A DNA stretch of 64,000 bases from Alphaproteobacteria bacterium (GCA_965261735.1 OZ253470.1:2592001-2656000); one strand, 5' to 3'. Numbered from the stretch's first letter, positions 9,439-21,158 are shown. Translations and numbers: made by a program. The notes: generated from the sequence alone by a model not told the origin.

Positions 9439-10749
9439 TTACAGGATGAAGCGGCTGAGGTCGGCGTCCTTGACCAGGTCGCCGACGCGCATCCGCACGT
9501 AGGCGGAATCGATGGTGATGGTGGTGCCGGGCTGGTCGCTGGCGGTGAAGCTGATCTCGTCGAGCAGGCGCTCCATCACCGTGTGCAGCCGGCGTGCGCC
9601 GATGTTCTCGATACCGGCGTTGACCTCGGCGGCCAGGTTCGCGATCTCCTCGACCGCATCGTCGGTGAACGCCAGCGTCACGCTCTCGGTCCCCATTAGC
9701 GCGATGTACTGGGTGATCAGGCTCGCCTCGGGCTCGGTCAGGATGCGCTTGAAGTCCTCGCGCGTCAGCGCCTGGAGCTCGACCCGGATGGGCAGCCGGC
9801 CCTGGAGCTCGGGCAACAGGTCGGAGGGCTTGGCGAGGTGGAAGGCGCCGCTCGCAATGAACAGGATGTGGTCGGTCTTGACCGTCCCGTGCTTGGTGCT
9901 CACGGTGGTGCCCTCGATGAGCGGCAGCAGGTCGCGCTGCACGCCCTCGCGGCTCACGTCGGCGCCGCCGCGCTCCTGGCGCGCGGTGATCTTGTCGATC
10001 TCGTCGAGGAAGACGATGCCGTCCTGCTCGACGCTGTCGATCGCTTCCTTGACCAGCTTGTCGGGGTCGAGAAGCTTGTCGCTCTCGTCAGCCAGGAGCG
10101 CCTCGTAGGACTCGGCGACCGTCAGGCGCCGCTTGTGCGTGCGCCCGCCGAACGCCTTGCCGAGCATCTCGTTGATGTTGATCATGCCCATCTGCGCCCC
10201 CGGCATGCCGGGGATGTCGAACGTCGGCATGCCCCCGCCACCCGAATCGGCGACCTCGATTTCGATCTCCTTGGAATCGAGCTCGCCCTCGCGCAGCATC
10301 TTGCGGAATTTGGTCCGCGTCTCGGCGCCCGACTGCGCACCGACCAGTGCATCGAGGACCCGCTCCTCGGCGTTGAGCTCCGCCTTGGCGGCGACCTCTT
10401 GTCGGCTGCGCTCGCGCACCATGGTGATGGCGATCTCGACGAGGTCGCGCACGATCTGCTCGACGTCGCGGCCGACGTAGCCGACCTCGGTGAACTTGGT
10501 CGCCTCGACCTTGAGGAACGGCGCCTGAGCGAGGCGCGCGAGCCGGCGCGAGATCTCCGTCTTGCCGACGCCCGTGGGGCCGATCATCAGGATGTTCTTG
10601 GGCAGCACCTCCTCGCGCAGGTCCCCGCTCAGCCGTTGGCGCCGCCAGCGGTTGCGCAGCGCGATGGCGACCGCGCGCTTGGCGTCGTGCTGGCCGACGA
10701 TGTAGCGGTCGAGCTCGGAAACGATCTCGCGCGGGCTGAAGGAGGTCAT
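9439..10749 (-). CDS. hslU: ATP-dependent protease ATPase subunit HslU
   Basis: [41 protein letters not shown]-like motif, C-terminal DLSRFIL. Confidence 0.97.
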   Translation of the reverse strand: MTSFSPREIVSELDRYIVGQHDAKRAVAIALRNRWRRQRLSGDLREEVLPKNILMIGPTGVGKTEISRRLARLAQAPFLKVEATKFTEVGYVGRDVEQIVRDLVEIAITMVRERSRQEVAAKAELNAEERVLDALVGAQSGAETRTKFRKMLREGELDSKEIEIEVADSGGGGMPTFDIPGMPGAQMGMININEMLGKAFGGRTHKRRLTVAESYEALLADESDKLLDPDKLVKEAIDSVEQDGIVFLDEIDKITARQERGGADVSREGVQRDLLPLIEGTTVSTKHGTVKTDHILFIASGAFHLAKPSDLLPELQGRLPIRVELQALTREDFKRILTEPEASLITQYIALMGTESVTLAFTDDAVEEIANLAAEVNAGIENIGARRLHTVMERLLDEISFTASDQPGTTITIDSAYVRMRVGDLVKDADLSRFIL

Positions 10750-10781
10750 GGGCGGCGTGGCGGCGGCAAGAGGGGGGAGCG

Positions 10782-11318
10782 TTAGAGGCTCTCGAGCGTG
10801 ACGTCGGTGTTGGTATAGACGCAAATGTCGGCGGCGATCGCCATGGCCCGGCGGGCTACCGCCTCGGCGTCCATGTCGTCGCGGTCGACCAGCGCCCGGG
10901 CCGCGGCCAAAGCGTAGTTGCCGCCCGAGCCGATGCCGATGAGGCCGTCGTCGGGCTCGAGCACGTCGCCGGTGCCCGACAGCAGGAGACTGACCTTCGA
11001 ATCGGCCACCGCCATCATCGCCTCGAGGCGGCGCAGGTAGCGGTCGGTGCGCCAGTCCTTGGCGAGCTCGACGCAAGCGCGGGTGAGCTGCCCGGCGTGC
11101 TTCTCGAGCTTGCCCTCGAGGCGCTCGAACAGGGTGAAGGCGTCCGCCGTGGCGCCGGCGAAGCCGCCGATCACGGCGCCGTCGGTGAGGCGGCGCACCT
11201 TGCGCGCGCGTGCCTTGATGATGGTCTGCCCGACCGTCACCTGACCGTCCCCGGCGATGACCACATGGCCGTTCTTGCGCACCGAAAGGATGGTCGTGCC
11301 GTGCCAGGGCTGGCTCAT
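10782..11318 (-). CDS. hslV: ATP-dependent protease subunit HslV
   Basis: [34 protein letters not shown]. Confidence 0.97.
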   Translation of the reverse strand: MSQPWHGTTILSVRKNGHVVIAGDGQVTVGQTIIKARARKVRRLTDGAVIGGFAGATADAFTLFERLEGKLEKHAGQLTRACVELAKDWRTDRYLRRLEAMMAVADSKVSLLLSGTGDVLEPDDGLIGIGSGGNYALAAARALVDRDDMDAEAVARRAMAIAADICVYTNTDVTLESL

Positions 11319-11389
11319 CGTCGGACGCCTCATTGCGAGACAAAGCCGGGGAGACGCTGCGTCGAAGGGCCGCCTCCCCGGTGCTCACC

Positions 11390-11417
11390 ATGTGGCGATT
11401 CGTCGCGCAGGGTCAAG
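11390..11417 (-). promoter_or_regulatory. Putative RpoH (sigma32) promoter of hslVU
   Basis: CTTG-N18-CCACAT upstream of hslV, resembling alphaproteobacterial RpoH promoters. Confidence 0.5.
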
Positions 11418-11519
11418 GGCGGTGGATCAGACGCAGGCCGTCGCGACGGGTCGGACTGGCGCGCCGCGGTCCTTCTTGCTATATGGGCGCGCGAGTCGGC
11501 CGTTTGTCCGGGCAACCTC

Positions 11520-12122
11520 ATGCGAAGCGTCACCGTTGAACGCAAGACCCGGGAGACCGAGGTCAAGGTGTCGGTTAATCTCGACGGCACCGGGCGCTAC
11601 GACGTGAGCACCGGCATCGGCTTTCTCAACCACATGCTCGAGCAGCTCGCCCGCCATTCGCTCATCGATCTCGAGGTGCGCTCAAAAGGCGACCTGCACG
11701 TCGATTTCCATCACACCAACGAGGACACGGCGATCGCGCTCGGCGAGGCGGTGAGCCAGGCGCTCGGCGAGCGCGCCGGCATTAGGCGCTATGGCAGCGC
11801 CATGATTCCGATGGACGAGACGCTGACCCGAGTCGCCCTCGACATCTCCAACCGGCCCTACCTCATCTGGAAGGTGGCCTTCACCCGGCCCAAGCTCGGC
11901 GACATGGATACGGAATTGTTCAAGGAGTGGTTTCAGGCCTTCGCCCAAGCCGCCGGCATCACCCTGCACGTCGAGAACCTCTATGGCCTCAACAGCCACC
12001 ACATGGTCGAGTCCTGCTTCAAGGGGCTGGCGCGCAGCCTGCGCGAGGCCGTGGAGATCGACCCGCGCGGCGCCGGCGCGGTGCCCTCGACCAAGGGCGT
12101 GCTCGGCGGCTCGCTACCCTAA
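11520..12122 (+). CDS. hisB: Imidazoleglycerol-phosphate dehydratase
   Basis: [41 protein letters not shown]. Confidence 0.97.
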   Translation: MRSVTVERKTRETEVKVSVNLDGTGRYDVSTGIGFLNHMLEQLARHSLIDLEVRSKGDLHVDFHHTNEDTAIALGEAVSQALGERAGIRRYGSAMIPMDETLTRVALDISNRPYLIWKVAFTRPKLGDMDTELFKEWFQAFAQAAGITLHVENLYGLNSHHMVESCFKGLARSLREAVEIDPRGAGAVPSTKGVLGGSLP

Positions 12123-12130
12123 CGCCGCCG

Positions 12131-12550
12131 ATGCGCATCTACACCGTGCACGAATCGCCCTTCTGGGCGCTCGCCGAGGAGGCCGTCCCGGGTGCCGACG
12201 TGGTCCTCATTGCCGAGGGTTTCTGCTGGCCCGCGGCGCTGTTCACGGTGCTGTGGGCGGCGTGGCATCGGCTATGGCTGGTGGCGCTCGCGATCCTCGG
12301 GGCCGGCGCCGCGCTCGATGCCGCCTCGGCTCTGGTGCCAATCGGCGACGCGGCGCGCACGGTGCTCGGGCTGGCGGTCCTGCTGTTCATCGGCTTCGAG
12401 GCCAACGACTGGCGCCGCTGGACGTTGGAGCGACGCGGCTGGCGCACCGTCGGCATCGTTGCCGGCCGCTCGCGGAGTGAGGCCGAGCACCGGTTCTTCA
12501 CCCTGCCCGGCCGCGCCACGATGCTCGCACCAACGCCCAAGCCGGCCTGA
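12131..12550 (+). CDS. DUF2628 membrane protein
   Basis: MRIYTVH...EGFCWPAALF..LW..WHRLW...FEANDWRRWTL...AEHRFF, in its usual hisB-hisH position. Confidence 0.8.
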   Translation: MRIYTVHESPFWALAEEAVPGADVVLIAEGFCWPAALFTVLWAAWHRLWLVALAILGAGAALDAASALVPIGDAARTVLGLAVLLFIGFEANDWRRWTLERRGWRTVGIVAGRSRSEAEHRFFTLPGRATMLAPTPKPA

Positions 12551-12600
12551 GAAATCCTTTGATGCGGCTCGCGCGGGCGCGCGGGCCGTCGCCATAAGAC

Positions 12601-13275
12601 ATGGTCACACACGTCGCCATCATCGACTACGGCTCGGGCAATTTGCGCTCGGCGGCCAAGGCGTTCGAGCGCGCGGGCCGTGAGGCCGGCGCCGCATGCA
12701 CGGTCGCCGTCACCGCGGAGGCACGCAGCGTGCGTGAGGCGAGCCACATCGTGTTGCCCGGCGTCGGCGCCTTCGCCGCTTGCATGCAGGGCCTGAGCGC
12801 GCTTCCCGGTATCGTCGAGGCGCTGGACGAGGCCGTGTGCCGGCGCGGCCGGCCGTTCCTCGGCATCTGCGTCGGCATGCAGCTGATGGCCACGCGCGGG
12901 CTCGAGCACGGTTCGCATGAGGGGCTGGGCTGGATCGCCGGTGACGTCGCGCCGCTCGCGGCCGCATCGGCCGCCGCCGCGGCCGATGCGGGCCCGCCCG
13001 GCCTGCGCATCCCCCACATGGGCTGGAACGAGCTCGATATCATCGCCAGTCACCCGCTGCTCGATGGTATCGCGCCCGGCAGCCACGCCTATTTCGTGCA
13101 CTCCTACGCGCTCGCCTGTGCCGATCAGGGAGACGTGCTGGCGCGCACCGACTATGGCGGGCCCCTGACGGCGGCCGTGGGCCGTGCTAACGTGGCGGGA
13201 ACTCAGTTCCATCCCGAGAAAAGCCAGGCGACGGGCCTGCGATTGATTGCCAACTTCCTGGGCTGGCGACCGTAA
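12601..13275 (+). CDS. hisH: Imidazole glycerol phosphate synthase subunit HisH
   Basis: [37 protein letters not shown]. Confidence 0.97.
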   Translation: MVTHVAIIDYGSGNLRSAAKAFERAGREAGAACTVAVTAEARSVREASHIVLPGVGAFAACMQGLSALPGIVEALDEAVCRRGRPFLGICVGMQLMATRGLEHGSHEGLGWIAGDVAPLAAASAAAAADAGPPGLRIPHMGWNELDIIASHPLLDGIAPGSHAYFVHSYALACADQGDVLARTDYGGPLTAAVGRANVAGTQFHPEKSQATGLRLIANFLGWRP

Positions 13276-13787
13276 TGCAAACAGATGTCGAGCGCTTGAC
13301 CGACTTCCGCGCGGGCGATCTCGAGGGCCTGTGCGAAGCGACCGACGAGGCGATCTCGGACGGTCTCGGCTTCGATTGGGTCGAGGTGCCCTCGCGCCAA
13401 GTGCTCGAGGCCTATTGGCGCGGCGTCCTTCTCGTGCCCGATCGCGAGCTCTTCGTGGCCCGCCTCGATGGCGCGGTTGCCGGCACCTCGCAGCTCGTCA
13501 AGCCGCCGGCCAACAACCAGGCGGGCGCCTTCAACGCCACCATCACCGCCTTCTTCGTCGCCCCATGGGCACGCGGTCACGGCCTGGCGCGCCGCCTCCT
13601 CGAGGAGGTCATCGCGTTCGCCCGTGCCGAGGGCTTCGAGATGCTCAGCCTCGACGTGCGCGAAACCCAGCAGGCGGCGATCAGCCTCTACGAGAACGCC
13701 GGGTTCGCGCGCTGGGGCACCAAGCCCAAGTACGCGCTGGCCAACGGCCGCTTCGTCGCCGGGCACTTCTACACCAAGGACCTGTAG
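13275..13787 (+). CDS. GNAT-family N-acetyltransferase
   Basis: [16 protein letters not shown] acetyl-CoA motif; [10 protein letters not shown]. Confidence 0.85.
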   Translation: MQTDVERLTDFRAGDLEGLCEATDEAISDGLGFDWVEVPSRQVLEAYWRGVLLVPDRELFVARLDGAVAGTSQLVKPPANNQAGAFNATITAFFVAPWARGHGLARRLLEEVIAFARAEGFEMLSLDVRETQQAAISLYENAGFARWGTKPKYALANGRFVAGHFYTKDL

Positions 13788-13799
13788 CCGCCGCCGGCC

Positions 13800-14537
13800 A
13801 TGATCCTGTACCCCGCCATCGACCTCAAGGATGGCGCCTGTGTCCGACTCCTCCGCGGCGCGATGGACCGGGCGACGCGCTTCAACGACGACCCGGCGGG
13901 CCAGGCCGAGACGTTCGCGAGTGCGGGCGCGGCATGGCTCCACGTGGTCGACCTCGATGGCGCGGTTGCCGGCCGGTCGATGAACGAAGCCGCGATCGGC
14001 GCGATCCTGGACGTGGTCGACATCCCGGTGCAGCTCGGCGGCGGTATACGCGAGCTCGCCAGCATCGAGGCCTGGCTCGCGCGCGGCGTGGCCCGTGTCA
14101 TTCTCGGCACCGTGGCGATCACCGATCCGGAGCTCGTGGACACCGCCTGCGCCCGTTTCCCCGGCCGCATCGCGGTCGCCATCGACGCGCGCGCGGGCCG
14201 GGCCGCGCGCGACGGCTGGACCGAAACCTCGACCCTCGCGCCCGCCGACCTCGCCAAGCGCGCCGAGGAAGCCGGCGCCGCCGCGATCATCTACACCGAC
14301 ATCGAACGCGACGGCGCGATGACCGGCGTCAACGTGGGCGCAACGGCGGCACTCGCCGAACCTCTGTCGACGCCCGTGATCGCCTCTGGCGGCGTCGCCG
14401 CGCTCGACGACTTGCGAGCGCTCAAGCGAGTCGAGTCGGCGGGTATAGAGGGCGTGATCTGCGGCCGCGCCCTTTATGCCGGCGGTCTCGATCTCGGCGA
14501 GGCACTGCGCCTCCTTGCCGGCGACGAGTCATGCTGA
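13800..14537 (+). CDS. hisA: ProFAR isomerase HisA
   Basis: [37 protein letters not shown]. Confidence 0.97.
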   Translation: MILYPAIDLKDGACVRLLRGAMDRATRFNDDPAGQAETFASAGAAWLHVVDLDGAVAGRSMNEAAIGAILDVVDIPVQLGGGIRELASIEAWLARGVARVILGTVAITDPELVDTACARFPGRIAVAIDARAGRAARDGWTETSTLAPADLAKRAEEAGAAAIIYTDIERDGAMTGVNVGATAALAEPLSTPVIASGGVAALDDLRALKRVESAGIEGVICGRALYAGGLDLGEALRLLAGDESC

Positions 14538-15286
14538 AGGCCCGCATCATCCCCTGCCTCGACGTGAAGGACGGCCGCGTCGTCAAGGGCGTCAACTTCG
14601 TCAACCTGGTGGACGCCGGCGATCCCGTCGAGCAGGCGCGGCTCTACGACGGCCAGGGTGCGGACGAGCTGTGCTTCCTCGACATCACCGCGAGCTATGA
14701 GCGGCGCGACACGCTCTACGACGTCGTGCGCCGGACGGCCGAGCAGTGCTTCATGCCGCTCACCGTGGGCGGCGGCGTGCGCACCCCGGACGACGTGCGC
14801 AAGCTGCTGCTGGCCGGCGCCGACAAGGTCTCGATCAACACCGCCGCCGTGGCGAATCCTACGTTCGTGGGCGAGGCGGCGGAGCGCTTCGGCAGCCAGT
14901 GCATCGTCGTCGCGGTCGATGCCAAGGCGGCCGGGCAGGGCTGGCAGATCTTCACGCACGGCGGCCGGCGCGCGACCGGGATCGATGCGCTTGAGTGGGT
15001 GCGGCGCATGGCGGATTTGGGCGCCGGCGAAATCCTGCTCACCTCGATGGACCGCGACGGCACCCGCCAGGGCTACGACATCGCGCTCACGCGCGCGGTT
15101 GCCGACTCGATCACCATACCGGTCATCGCCTCGGGCGGCGTCGGTACCCTCGATCACCTGGTCGCCGGCGTCGCCGAGGGCCACGCGAGCGGCCTGCTCG
15201 CGGCCTCGATCTTCCACTTCGGCGAGTTCTCCATCGCAGAGGCCAAGTCCCGCATGAAAGCCGCCGGCGTCCCGGTGCGGGACTAG
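14531..15286 (+). CDS. hisF: Imidazole glycerol phosphate synthase subunit HisF
   Basis: [36 protein letters not shown]. Confidence 0.97.
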   Translation: MLKARIIPCLDVKDGRVVKGVNFVNLVDAGDPVEQARLYDGQGADELCFLDITASYERRDTLYDVVRRTAEQCFMPLTVGGGVRTPDDVRKLLLAGADKVSINTAAVANPTFVGEAAERFGSQCIVVAVDAKAAGQGWQIFTHGGRRATGIDALEWVRRMADLGAGEILLTSMDRDGTRQGYDIALTRAVADSITIPVIASGGVGTLDHLVAGVAEGHASGLLAASIFHFGEFSIAEAKSRMKAAGVPVRD

Positions 15287-15334
15287 GCGATGGGGCCCGG
15301 ATGACATCACCGGAGAAATCTGTTAGGCGAGGCC

Positions 15335-15706
15335 ATGGCTGATTCGAAGGATGCGGGGGGCGGCGAGGGGGCGGTCATCGAGCGCCTGTTCGCCGTTATC
15401 GAGAGCCGGCGCGGTGGTGATCCGGCGCGCTCGTATGTTGCCGGCCTGCTTCAAGCGGGGACCGCGCAGATCGCCAAGAAGCTAGGCGAGGAGGCGATGG
15501 AAACGGCGATCGCGGCCCTTGAAGAGGAGCCCGCCGCCGTGGTGCGCGAGGGCGCGGACCTCGTCTTTCATCTCCTCGTGCTGCTCGCGGATGCCGGCGC
15601 CACACCGGCCGATCTCTATGCCGAGCTCGCGCGCCGCGAGGGTGTCTCCGGCATCGATGAGAAGGCGGCCCGCCCCGGCGGGCAGGGTGCAGACGAGCAG
15701 TCTTGA
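15335..15706 (+). CDS. hisE: Phosphoribosyl-ATP diphosphatase
   Basis: SYVA.L...IAKKLGEEA.E...E.ADLVFHLLVL. Confidence 0.92.
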   Translation: MADSKDAGGGEGAVIERLFAVIESRRGGDPARSYVAGLLQAGTAQIAKKLGEEAMETAIAALEEEPAAVVREGADLVFHLLVLLADAGATPADLYAELARREGVSGIDEKAARPGGQGADEQS

Positions 15707-15715
15707 GAGGGCGCC

Positions 15716-16084
15716 ATGGCCTATGATCCCGACAACGTATTCGCCAAGATCCTGCGCGGCGAAATCCCCTGCAATAAGGTCTATGAGGACGACTACGCCC
15801 TCGCCTTTCACGACATCAACCCGCAGGCGCCCGTGCACGTGCAGGTCATTCCCAAGGGCGCGTACATCTCGCTCGACGACTTCACGCAGAAGGCGCCGCC
15901 CGACGAGGTTGCCGGCTTCTTCGCCGCGGTGGGGCATGTGGCGCGCGCGCTCGGCGTCGTCGAGTCGGGATACCGCATCCTCGCCAACCACGGCGCCGAC
16001 GCCATGCAGGAGATTTTTCACTTCCACGTCCACATCTTCGCCGGTCGTCCCCTCGGCGGCATGTTGAAGCGCCCCTCGGCTTGA
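15716..16084 (+). CDS. HIT-family (Hint) nucleotide-binding protein
   Basis: NVFAKILRGEIP, FHDINPQAPVH, HFHVHIF triad. Confidence 0.93.
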   Translation: MAYDPDNVFAKILRGEIPCNKVYEDDYALAFHDINPQAPVHVQVIPKGAYISLDDFTQKAPPDEVAGFFAAVGHVARALGVVESGYRILANHGADAMQEIFHFHVHIFAGRPLGGMLKRPSA

Positions 16085-16088
16085 GCGC

Positions 16089-17036
16089 ATGAACGCCGGC
16101 GCGCCCGACCCCGGCGCTCCCGGCCCGGGCGCCGCCGGTGCCATTGCGCTCATCGTCCTCGCCCAGCTCGTGCTCGCGAGCAAGGGCATCTTCGCCAAGG
16201 TGCTCTACGCCGAGGGCGTCGGCGTGGTGACGCTGATCGCGCTGCGTGGTGCCATCGCCCTGCCGCTATTCTGGGCCTTCGCGCTGTGGCGCCTGGGCGG
16301 GCGGGCGCTGATCGAGGTCAGCCCGCGCGCGGTCGCGGGCTCTGCCGCCGCCGGCTTCGTCTGCTACTACATCGGCTCGTACCTCGATTTCACGGCGCTC
16401 GAGCTCATCGATGCGAGCCTCGAGCGCGTCCTGCTCTACAGCTTTCCTGCCATCGTGGTGCTGATCGAGGCGGCGCGCCGGAAGACGCTGCCGGCCGCGC
16501 GGCAATGGGTCGCTCTCGTGCTCGCCTACGCCGGCATCGTCCTCGTCATGGGTGGCTTCGATGTCGGGCTGTTGGCGGCCAACCTGGTGGGCGCAGCCCT
16601 CGTCCTTATCTGCGCCGTCACCTTTGCCGCCTACTTTCTCGCCGGCCAGGCGATCAGCCCGCGCATCGGCAGCATCCGCTTCACCGTCTATGCGCACACC
16701 GCCGCGGCCGCGGGCCTCGGGGCCCACTTCGCCGTCACCGCGGTGCCGGGTGCGCTCACCCTGTCGGCGACGGCGTGGGCCATTGTCCTTTTCATGGCGA
16801 CGGTCGGGACCGTGATCCCGTTCTTCATGCTGTCCGAGGGCATCAGGCGCATTGGGGCATCGCGCGCGGCGCTGATCAGCACCGTCGGCCCGCCAGCGAC
16901 GATCGTCATGGCCTACGCGTTTCTCGGCGAGGTGATGACGCCGGTGCAGCTCGCGGGCGCGTCGAGCGTGGTGATCGGCGTTATCGCGCTCGAGGCGCGC
17001 CTGCCCCGGCTCGCGCCGCGCGGCCGCGCCGCGTAA
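16089..17036 (+). CDS. DMT/EamA transporter
   Basis: About ten hydrophobic helices, two EamA repeats (IGASRAALISTVGP...FLGE). Confidence 0.88.
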   Translation: MNAGAPDPGAPGPGAAGAIALIVLAQLVLASKGIFAKVLYAEGVGVVTLIALRGAIALPLFWAFALWRLGGRALIEVSPRAVAGSAAAGFVCYYIGSYLDFTALELIDASLERVLLYSFPAIVVLIEAARRKTLPAARQWVALVLAYAGIVLVMGGFDVGLLAANLVGAALVLICAVTFAAYFLAGQAISPRIGSIRFTVYAHTAAAAGLGAHFAVTAVPGALTLSATAWAIVLFMATVGTVIPFFMLSEGIRRIGASRAALISTVGPPATIVMAYAFLGEVMTPVQLAGASSVVIGVIALEARLPRLAPRGRAA

Positions 17037-17049
17037 GCCCAGGCTTGGA

Positions 17050-18756
17050 CTAGGACGCCGCGGCCGTCACGGACGCGCTGGGCCGTGCCGGCACCTCGGC
17101 CGCGCGGTCGAAGGTATAGACGCTGAGGAGCTCGCTCCGGCCGCGCACCTCGATCTCGTGCGGGGTCAGGCCGGTCAGGTCGAGGCCGGCGCGCTCGACC
17201 ACTTCAGCCGAGAGCACGAGCTGCGAGTGGAACTCCTTGGTCATCGTCTCGAGCCGGCTCGCCGTGTTGACGGCATCGCCGATGGCGGTCACCGAGCGGA
17301 CGTCGCGATAGCCCATCTCGCCGACGATCACCGCGCCGACGTGGATGCCGATGCCCATGCGGAAGGGCTCGTCGAGATTGTCGGCGATCGAGCGGTTGAG
17401 CTCGTCGAGCGCGGCGCCCATGGCGCGCGCCGCCTCCACGGCCTCGCGGCAGCCGTGCTCGGCACCGCTGTCGATGCCGAACAGGGCCATGATGCCGTCG
17501 CCGATGAACTTGTCGAGGCGACCATTCTCGCGCTCGATGGCCTCTCCCATGGCGCGGAAATACTGGTTGAGGACGAACACCACGTCATAGGGCAGCTTGC
17601 TTTCCGAGAACTTCGTGAACGAGCGCAGGTCGGCGAACAGGACCGCGATCTCGCGCTCGCTGCCCTCCAGGTAGCTCGGGCGGCGGAAGCCGTCCCGCGC
17701 CGTCGCCGTGGGCGGCAACAGCGGCGTGACCTCGAGGTTGGCGGTCGGGCGGATCTGGCAGGCCAGCCGCACATCGGGCGGTACGCCGACGCGCTCGAGC
17801 ACGCGCGCCTCGTCGGCTGAGGGCGGCGTCAGAGACTCGCCGCCCTTGCCGATGCGGACCCGGCACGTCGAGCAGCGCCCGCGCCCGCCGCACACCGATG
17901 CGTGCGGGATGCCAGAGAGGCGGCTGGCTTCGAGCACGCTCGTGCCTGGCGGCACCGTGACCACCCGGCCGTCGGGGTAGGTCAGGCGAACGCGCCCCTC
18001 GCGCAAAGCGCGTATCGTGCGCGGCAGCCGCGCCGCAAGAACGATGAGCATGACTACCGCCATGACCACCCAGGCCTGGTCGCGCAGCTGGTATGCCCAG
18101 ACGCCGGCCTGGTCGCTCGGCCAGTTGATGGCTTCCTTGGCGCCGTCGAACCAGCCTGGGATCTGCATCAAGACTTCGACCTCGCGGCCGGCGCTCATGA
18201 AGCCGCCGAGCGAGATCACCGGCAGCAGCAGCGCAAACGCGAAGGCATAGGGGAGCGCCAGCGGATACCACGGCCGTAGCCGTAGCCAGTAATGCAGACC
18301 GAGGCAGCCATGTAGCCACACCCCAATGAGTAGGATGGATTGGCGCAAACCGTCCATTGGATTGAACACCCACAGCGACATGACGACCCAGGTGTAGGTG
18401 TCGTTGATGTCGTAGAACACGTGCAGGCCGCGGTTGCCGATGATGTGCAACGCGAGTAGCGGCGGGATCGCGAGCCCGACTAGAATCTGCACCGCCTCGC
18501 CGGGCCTCATGCGCCAGCTCCGGCGCCGGTACAGTGAGTAGAGGACGAATCCGATGTGCAGTATCAGCGCGCCGTAGAGCACGACCGTGCCGAGCGGATT
18601 GCGCCACAGGAAGAGGAAGCCGATGCGCACCCACTCCATGGCTGTGAGCGAGATCAGGCCGACTGCGTGATTCGCGAGGTGCATGCCGACATAGACGAAC
18701 AGCACCACGCCGCTGACGATGCGGACGCGCCCAACCCAGTTCAGCCGTGCGGTCAT
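17050..18756 (-). CDS. Membrane adenylate/guanylate cyclase with 2Fe-2S ferredoxin domain (CyaC-like)
   Basis: His-containing TM domain; CGGRGRCSTC...LACQ; FADLRSFT, DKFIGDGIMA, GDAVNTASRLE. Confidence 0.9.
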   Translation of the reverse strand: MTARLNWVGRVRIVSGVVLFVYVGMHLANHAVGLISLTAMEWVRIGFLFLWRNPLGTVVLYGALILHIGFVLYSLYRRRSWRMRPGEAVQILVGLAIPPLLALHIIGNRGLHVFYDINDTYTWVVMSLWVFNPMDGLRQSILLIGVWLHGCLGLHYWLRLRPWYPLALPYAFAFALLLPVISLGGFMSAGREVEVLMQIPGWFDGAKEAINWPSDQAGVWAYQLRDQAWVVMAVVMLIVLAARLPRTIRALREGRVRLTYPDGRVVTVPPGTSVLEASRLSGIPHASVCGGRGRCSTCRVRIGKGGESLTPPSADEARVLERVGVPPDVRLACQIRPTANLEVTPLLPPTATARDGFRRPSYLEGSEREIAVLFADLRSFTKFSESKLPYDVVFVLNQYFRAMGEAIERENGRLDKFIGDGIMALFGIDSGAEHGCREAVEAARAMGAALDELNRSIADNLDEPFRMGIGIHVGAVIVGEMGYRDVRSVTAIGDAVNTASRLETMTKEFHSQLVLSAEVVERAGLDLTGLTPHEIEVRGRSELLSVYTFDRAAEVPARPSASVTAAAS

Positions 18757-18766
18757 GGAGCCCAGC

Positions 18767-19759
18767 CTATCGGATCGCCTGTTCGACCAGTGGCGCCAGT
18801 GCTGTTTCCGGTCTCGCCCCGTAGTGGCTGATGATTTCTGCGGCGGCCTCGGCGCCGAGACGGCCGCAGGCTGCGAGCTCGAAACCATGTGTGAGACCGT
18901 ACAGAAAGCCCGCGGCGTAGAGGTCGCCGGCGCCGGTGGTATCGACCACGCGCGCCACCGGCGCCGCGTCAATCACGTGGACCTCGTCGCCCTGCACCAC
19001 GACCGAGCCCTGCGCGGACCGGGTCAGCGCCACGATGTCGCAACAGCCGCGCACGCGCTGGAGCGCCTCGTCGAAGTTCGCGACCTCGTAGAGCGCGGTG
19101 ATCTCGGCGGTGTTGGCGAACAGGACATCGACGTGGTGCTCCACGAGATCGCGGAACTCGTCGCGATAGCGCTCGACACAAAAGGCATCCGAGAGCGTGA
19201 GCGCGACCATGCGGTGCGCCTCGTGGGCCAGCGCCACCGCCTTGCGGAAGGCCTCCTTGGCGGCGGGCGGGTCCCACAGGTAGCCCTCGAGATAGGTGAT
19301 CCGCGCTCGCGCGATGGTGGTGGCGTCGACGTCGTCGGGACCGAGGCCGACGCAGGCGCCGAGGTAGGTGTTCATGGTCCGTTGTGCATCGCCGGTCACG
19401 AAGATCAGGCTGCGCGCCGTGGCCGGCCCGGCCTCGGCACGCGCGGTCTCGAACTCGACCCCGGCGGCGCGCAAGTCGTGGGCGAAGACCTCGCCGAGTT
19501 GATCGTTGCGCACCTTACCGAGGAAGGCACAGCGTGCGCCGAGCAGGGAAGCACCCGCCACCGTGTTGGCGGCGGAGCCGCCCGATATTTCGATGCCCGA
19601 CGGGCTGGCGGCATAGAGCCGGTCCGCGGTTTCACCGTCGACCAGCGTCATCGCGCCCTTGACGAGATCGTGCTTGATCAGGAGTGCATCGTCGGTATGG
19701 GAAATGATATCGACGATGGCATTGCCGATGCCGACGATGTCGAGCGGCGGTGGAGTCAT
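18767..19759 (-). CDS. PfkB-family carbohydrate/adenosine kinase
   Basis: GIGNAIVD, SGGSAANT, YLEGYLWD, DTTGAGDLYAAGF. Confidence 0.92.
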   Translation of the reverse strand: MTPPPLDIVGIGNAIVDIISHTDDALLIKHDLVKGAMTLVDGETADRLYAASPSGIEISGGSAANTVAGASLLGARCAFLGKVRNDQLGEVFAHDLRAAGVEFETARAEAGPATARSLIFVTGDAQRTMNTYLGACVGLGPDDVDATTIARARITYLEGYLWDPPAAKEAFRKAVALAHEAHRMVALTLSDAFCVERYRDEFRDLVEHHVDVLFANTAEITALYEVANFDEALQRVRGCCDIVALTRSAQGSVVVQGDEVHVIDAAPVARVVDTTGAGDLYAAGFLYGLTHGFELAACGRLGAEAAAEIISHYGARPETALAPLVEQAIR

Positions 19760-19881
19760 GCGGTCTCGGGCCCCGGCCGGTTTCTGGCGGGCGCAGTTTA
19801 GCGGGGTGGCGCGCGATCTGTCGCTGTACAATTGCGCAGCTTAGGGCGGCCGTGCGCGCGCGTATCGGGCGAAGGGTGGCG

Positions 19882-20691
19882 ATGAGAGGACTCGGTGAGG
19901 ACAGGGTGCGGCCGCCGGCCGCGGCAAGCGGCGTCGGCCACGCGGCGGGCGAGGGCGGCGGCGTGCTATGGGCCTTCGTTCTGGCCTTTCGCCAGCTGCT
20001 CGATCCCTCGTTCATGGCGGTCACGCTGCGCGCGATCGGCCTGAGCCTCGTCGTGTTCGCGGCGCTGGCGGCGTGCGTGTGGTGGCTGCTCGCCGGCGCC
20101 GGGCTCTACGACGGGTGGTTCAGCTGGGTGTTCGCGGTCCTGGGGTGGCTCGGCGTGAGCTGGCTCTTCGACGTGCTGGCATGGCTCATCTTCGCGGGTG
20201 TCGTGTGGATGCTGTTTCCCGCCGTCGTCACGCTGTTCGTCGGCGTCTTTCTCGAGGACGTGGCGCGCGCGGTCGAGGCGCGCCATTACCCCGACGAGCC
20301 CGCCGGCGCCGATTTGTCGATGGGACGCTCGCTGATCGTCGGCGCCAAGCTGACGGTGGTTATCGTACTCGTCAATCTGGTGGCCCTTCCGGCCTATCTG
20401 GTCTTGTTCTTGTTCCCGCCAACAAATCTCTTTGTTTTCTATGGGTTGAACGGCTATCTTCTGAGCCGAGAGTATTTCGATCTGGTGGCGCTGCGGCACG
20501 TTGATGAAGTCGCCGCACGCGGCCTGAGGCGGCGCTACCAGGGGCGCCTGTTCGTCGCGGGGCTGATGATCGTCTTTCTACTCACTGTGCCCCTCGTCAA
20601 CCTGGTGGCGCCGATAGTGGCAACCGCCGCCATGGTTCACCTGCACAGGTCCCTAAGCGCCGCGGACCGCGGAACGCCCCGACGAGGATGA
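19882..20691 (+). CDS. EI24/CysZ-like membrane protein
   Basis: AFRQLLDP, FLEDVARAVEARHYP, NGYLLSREYF, VPLVNLVAP; start uncertain. Confidence 0.8.
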   Translation: MRGLGEDRVRPPAAASGVGHAAGEGGGVLWAFVLAFRQLLDPSFMAVTLRAIGLSLVVFAALAACVWWLLAGAGLYDGWFSWVFAVLGWLGVSWLFDVLAWLIFAGVVWMLFPAVVTLFVGVFLEDVARAVEARHYPDEPAGADLSMGRSLIVGAKLTVVIVLVNLVALPAYLVLFLFPPTNLFVFYGLNGYLLSREYFDLVALRHVDEVAARGLRRRYQGRLFVAGLMIVFLLTVPLVNLVAPIVATAAMVHLHRSLSAADRGTPRRG

Positions 20692-21158
20692 CCATGTCCA
20701 TACCCGATCCGTCCAACACGCCGTTTCGTCCCGAGATCGCGCGCCGCGTGACGCCCCTGACGGGTTCGCTCGGCCACGCCGGCACCGCCGACAGCAAACA
20801 GCTCATCGTCGGGCGGGACATTTCGCTGACCGGCGAGATCAATACGTGCGAGAAGCTGATCGTCGAAGGCCAGGTCCAGGCCACGCTGTCGGACTGCCGC
20901 AGCATCGACGTGGCCAAGACCGGCACCTTCACCGGCTCCGCCGAGGTCGGGGAGTGTGAGGTCAGCGGGATCTTCGACGGCGAGCTCACCGTGCACGGCC
21001 GGCTGTACGTTCACGCCAGCGGCAAGATCACCGGCCGCATCCGCTACGGCGAGCTCGAGGTCGAGCGCGGCGGCGAGCTCGACGGCGATGTCCTCAGGAC
21101 GGGCGCCGACGCGCCGGCCCTTCCGGTCGCGCCGCGCGCCACGCCGGAGGGCGCGTGA
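20688..21158 (+). CDS. Bactofilin (polymer-forming cytoskeletal protein)
   Basis: LIVGRDISLTGEI..CEKLIVEG...G.ITG.IRYG.LEVERGG. Confidence 0.85.
   Translation: MTMSIPDPSNTPFRPEIARRVTPLTGSLGHAGTADSKQLIVGRDISLTGEINTCEKLIVEGQVQATLSDCRSIDVAKTGTFTGSAEVGECEVSGIFDGELTVHGRLYVHASGKITGRIRYGELEVERGGELDGDVLRTGADAPALPVAPRATPEGA

Noticed and set aside
9439-11391. 650-aa HslV-HslU fusion
   Set aside because: The extension is off-frame read-through over hslV; HslU starts at 10749.
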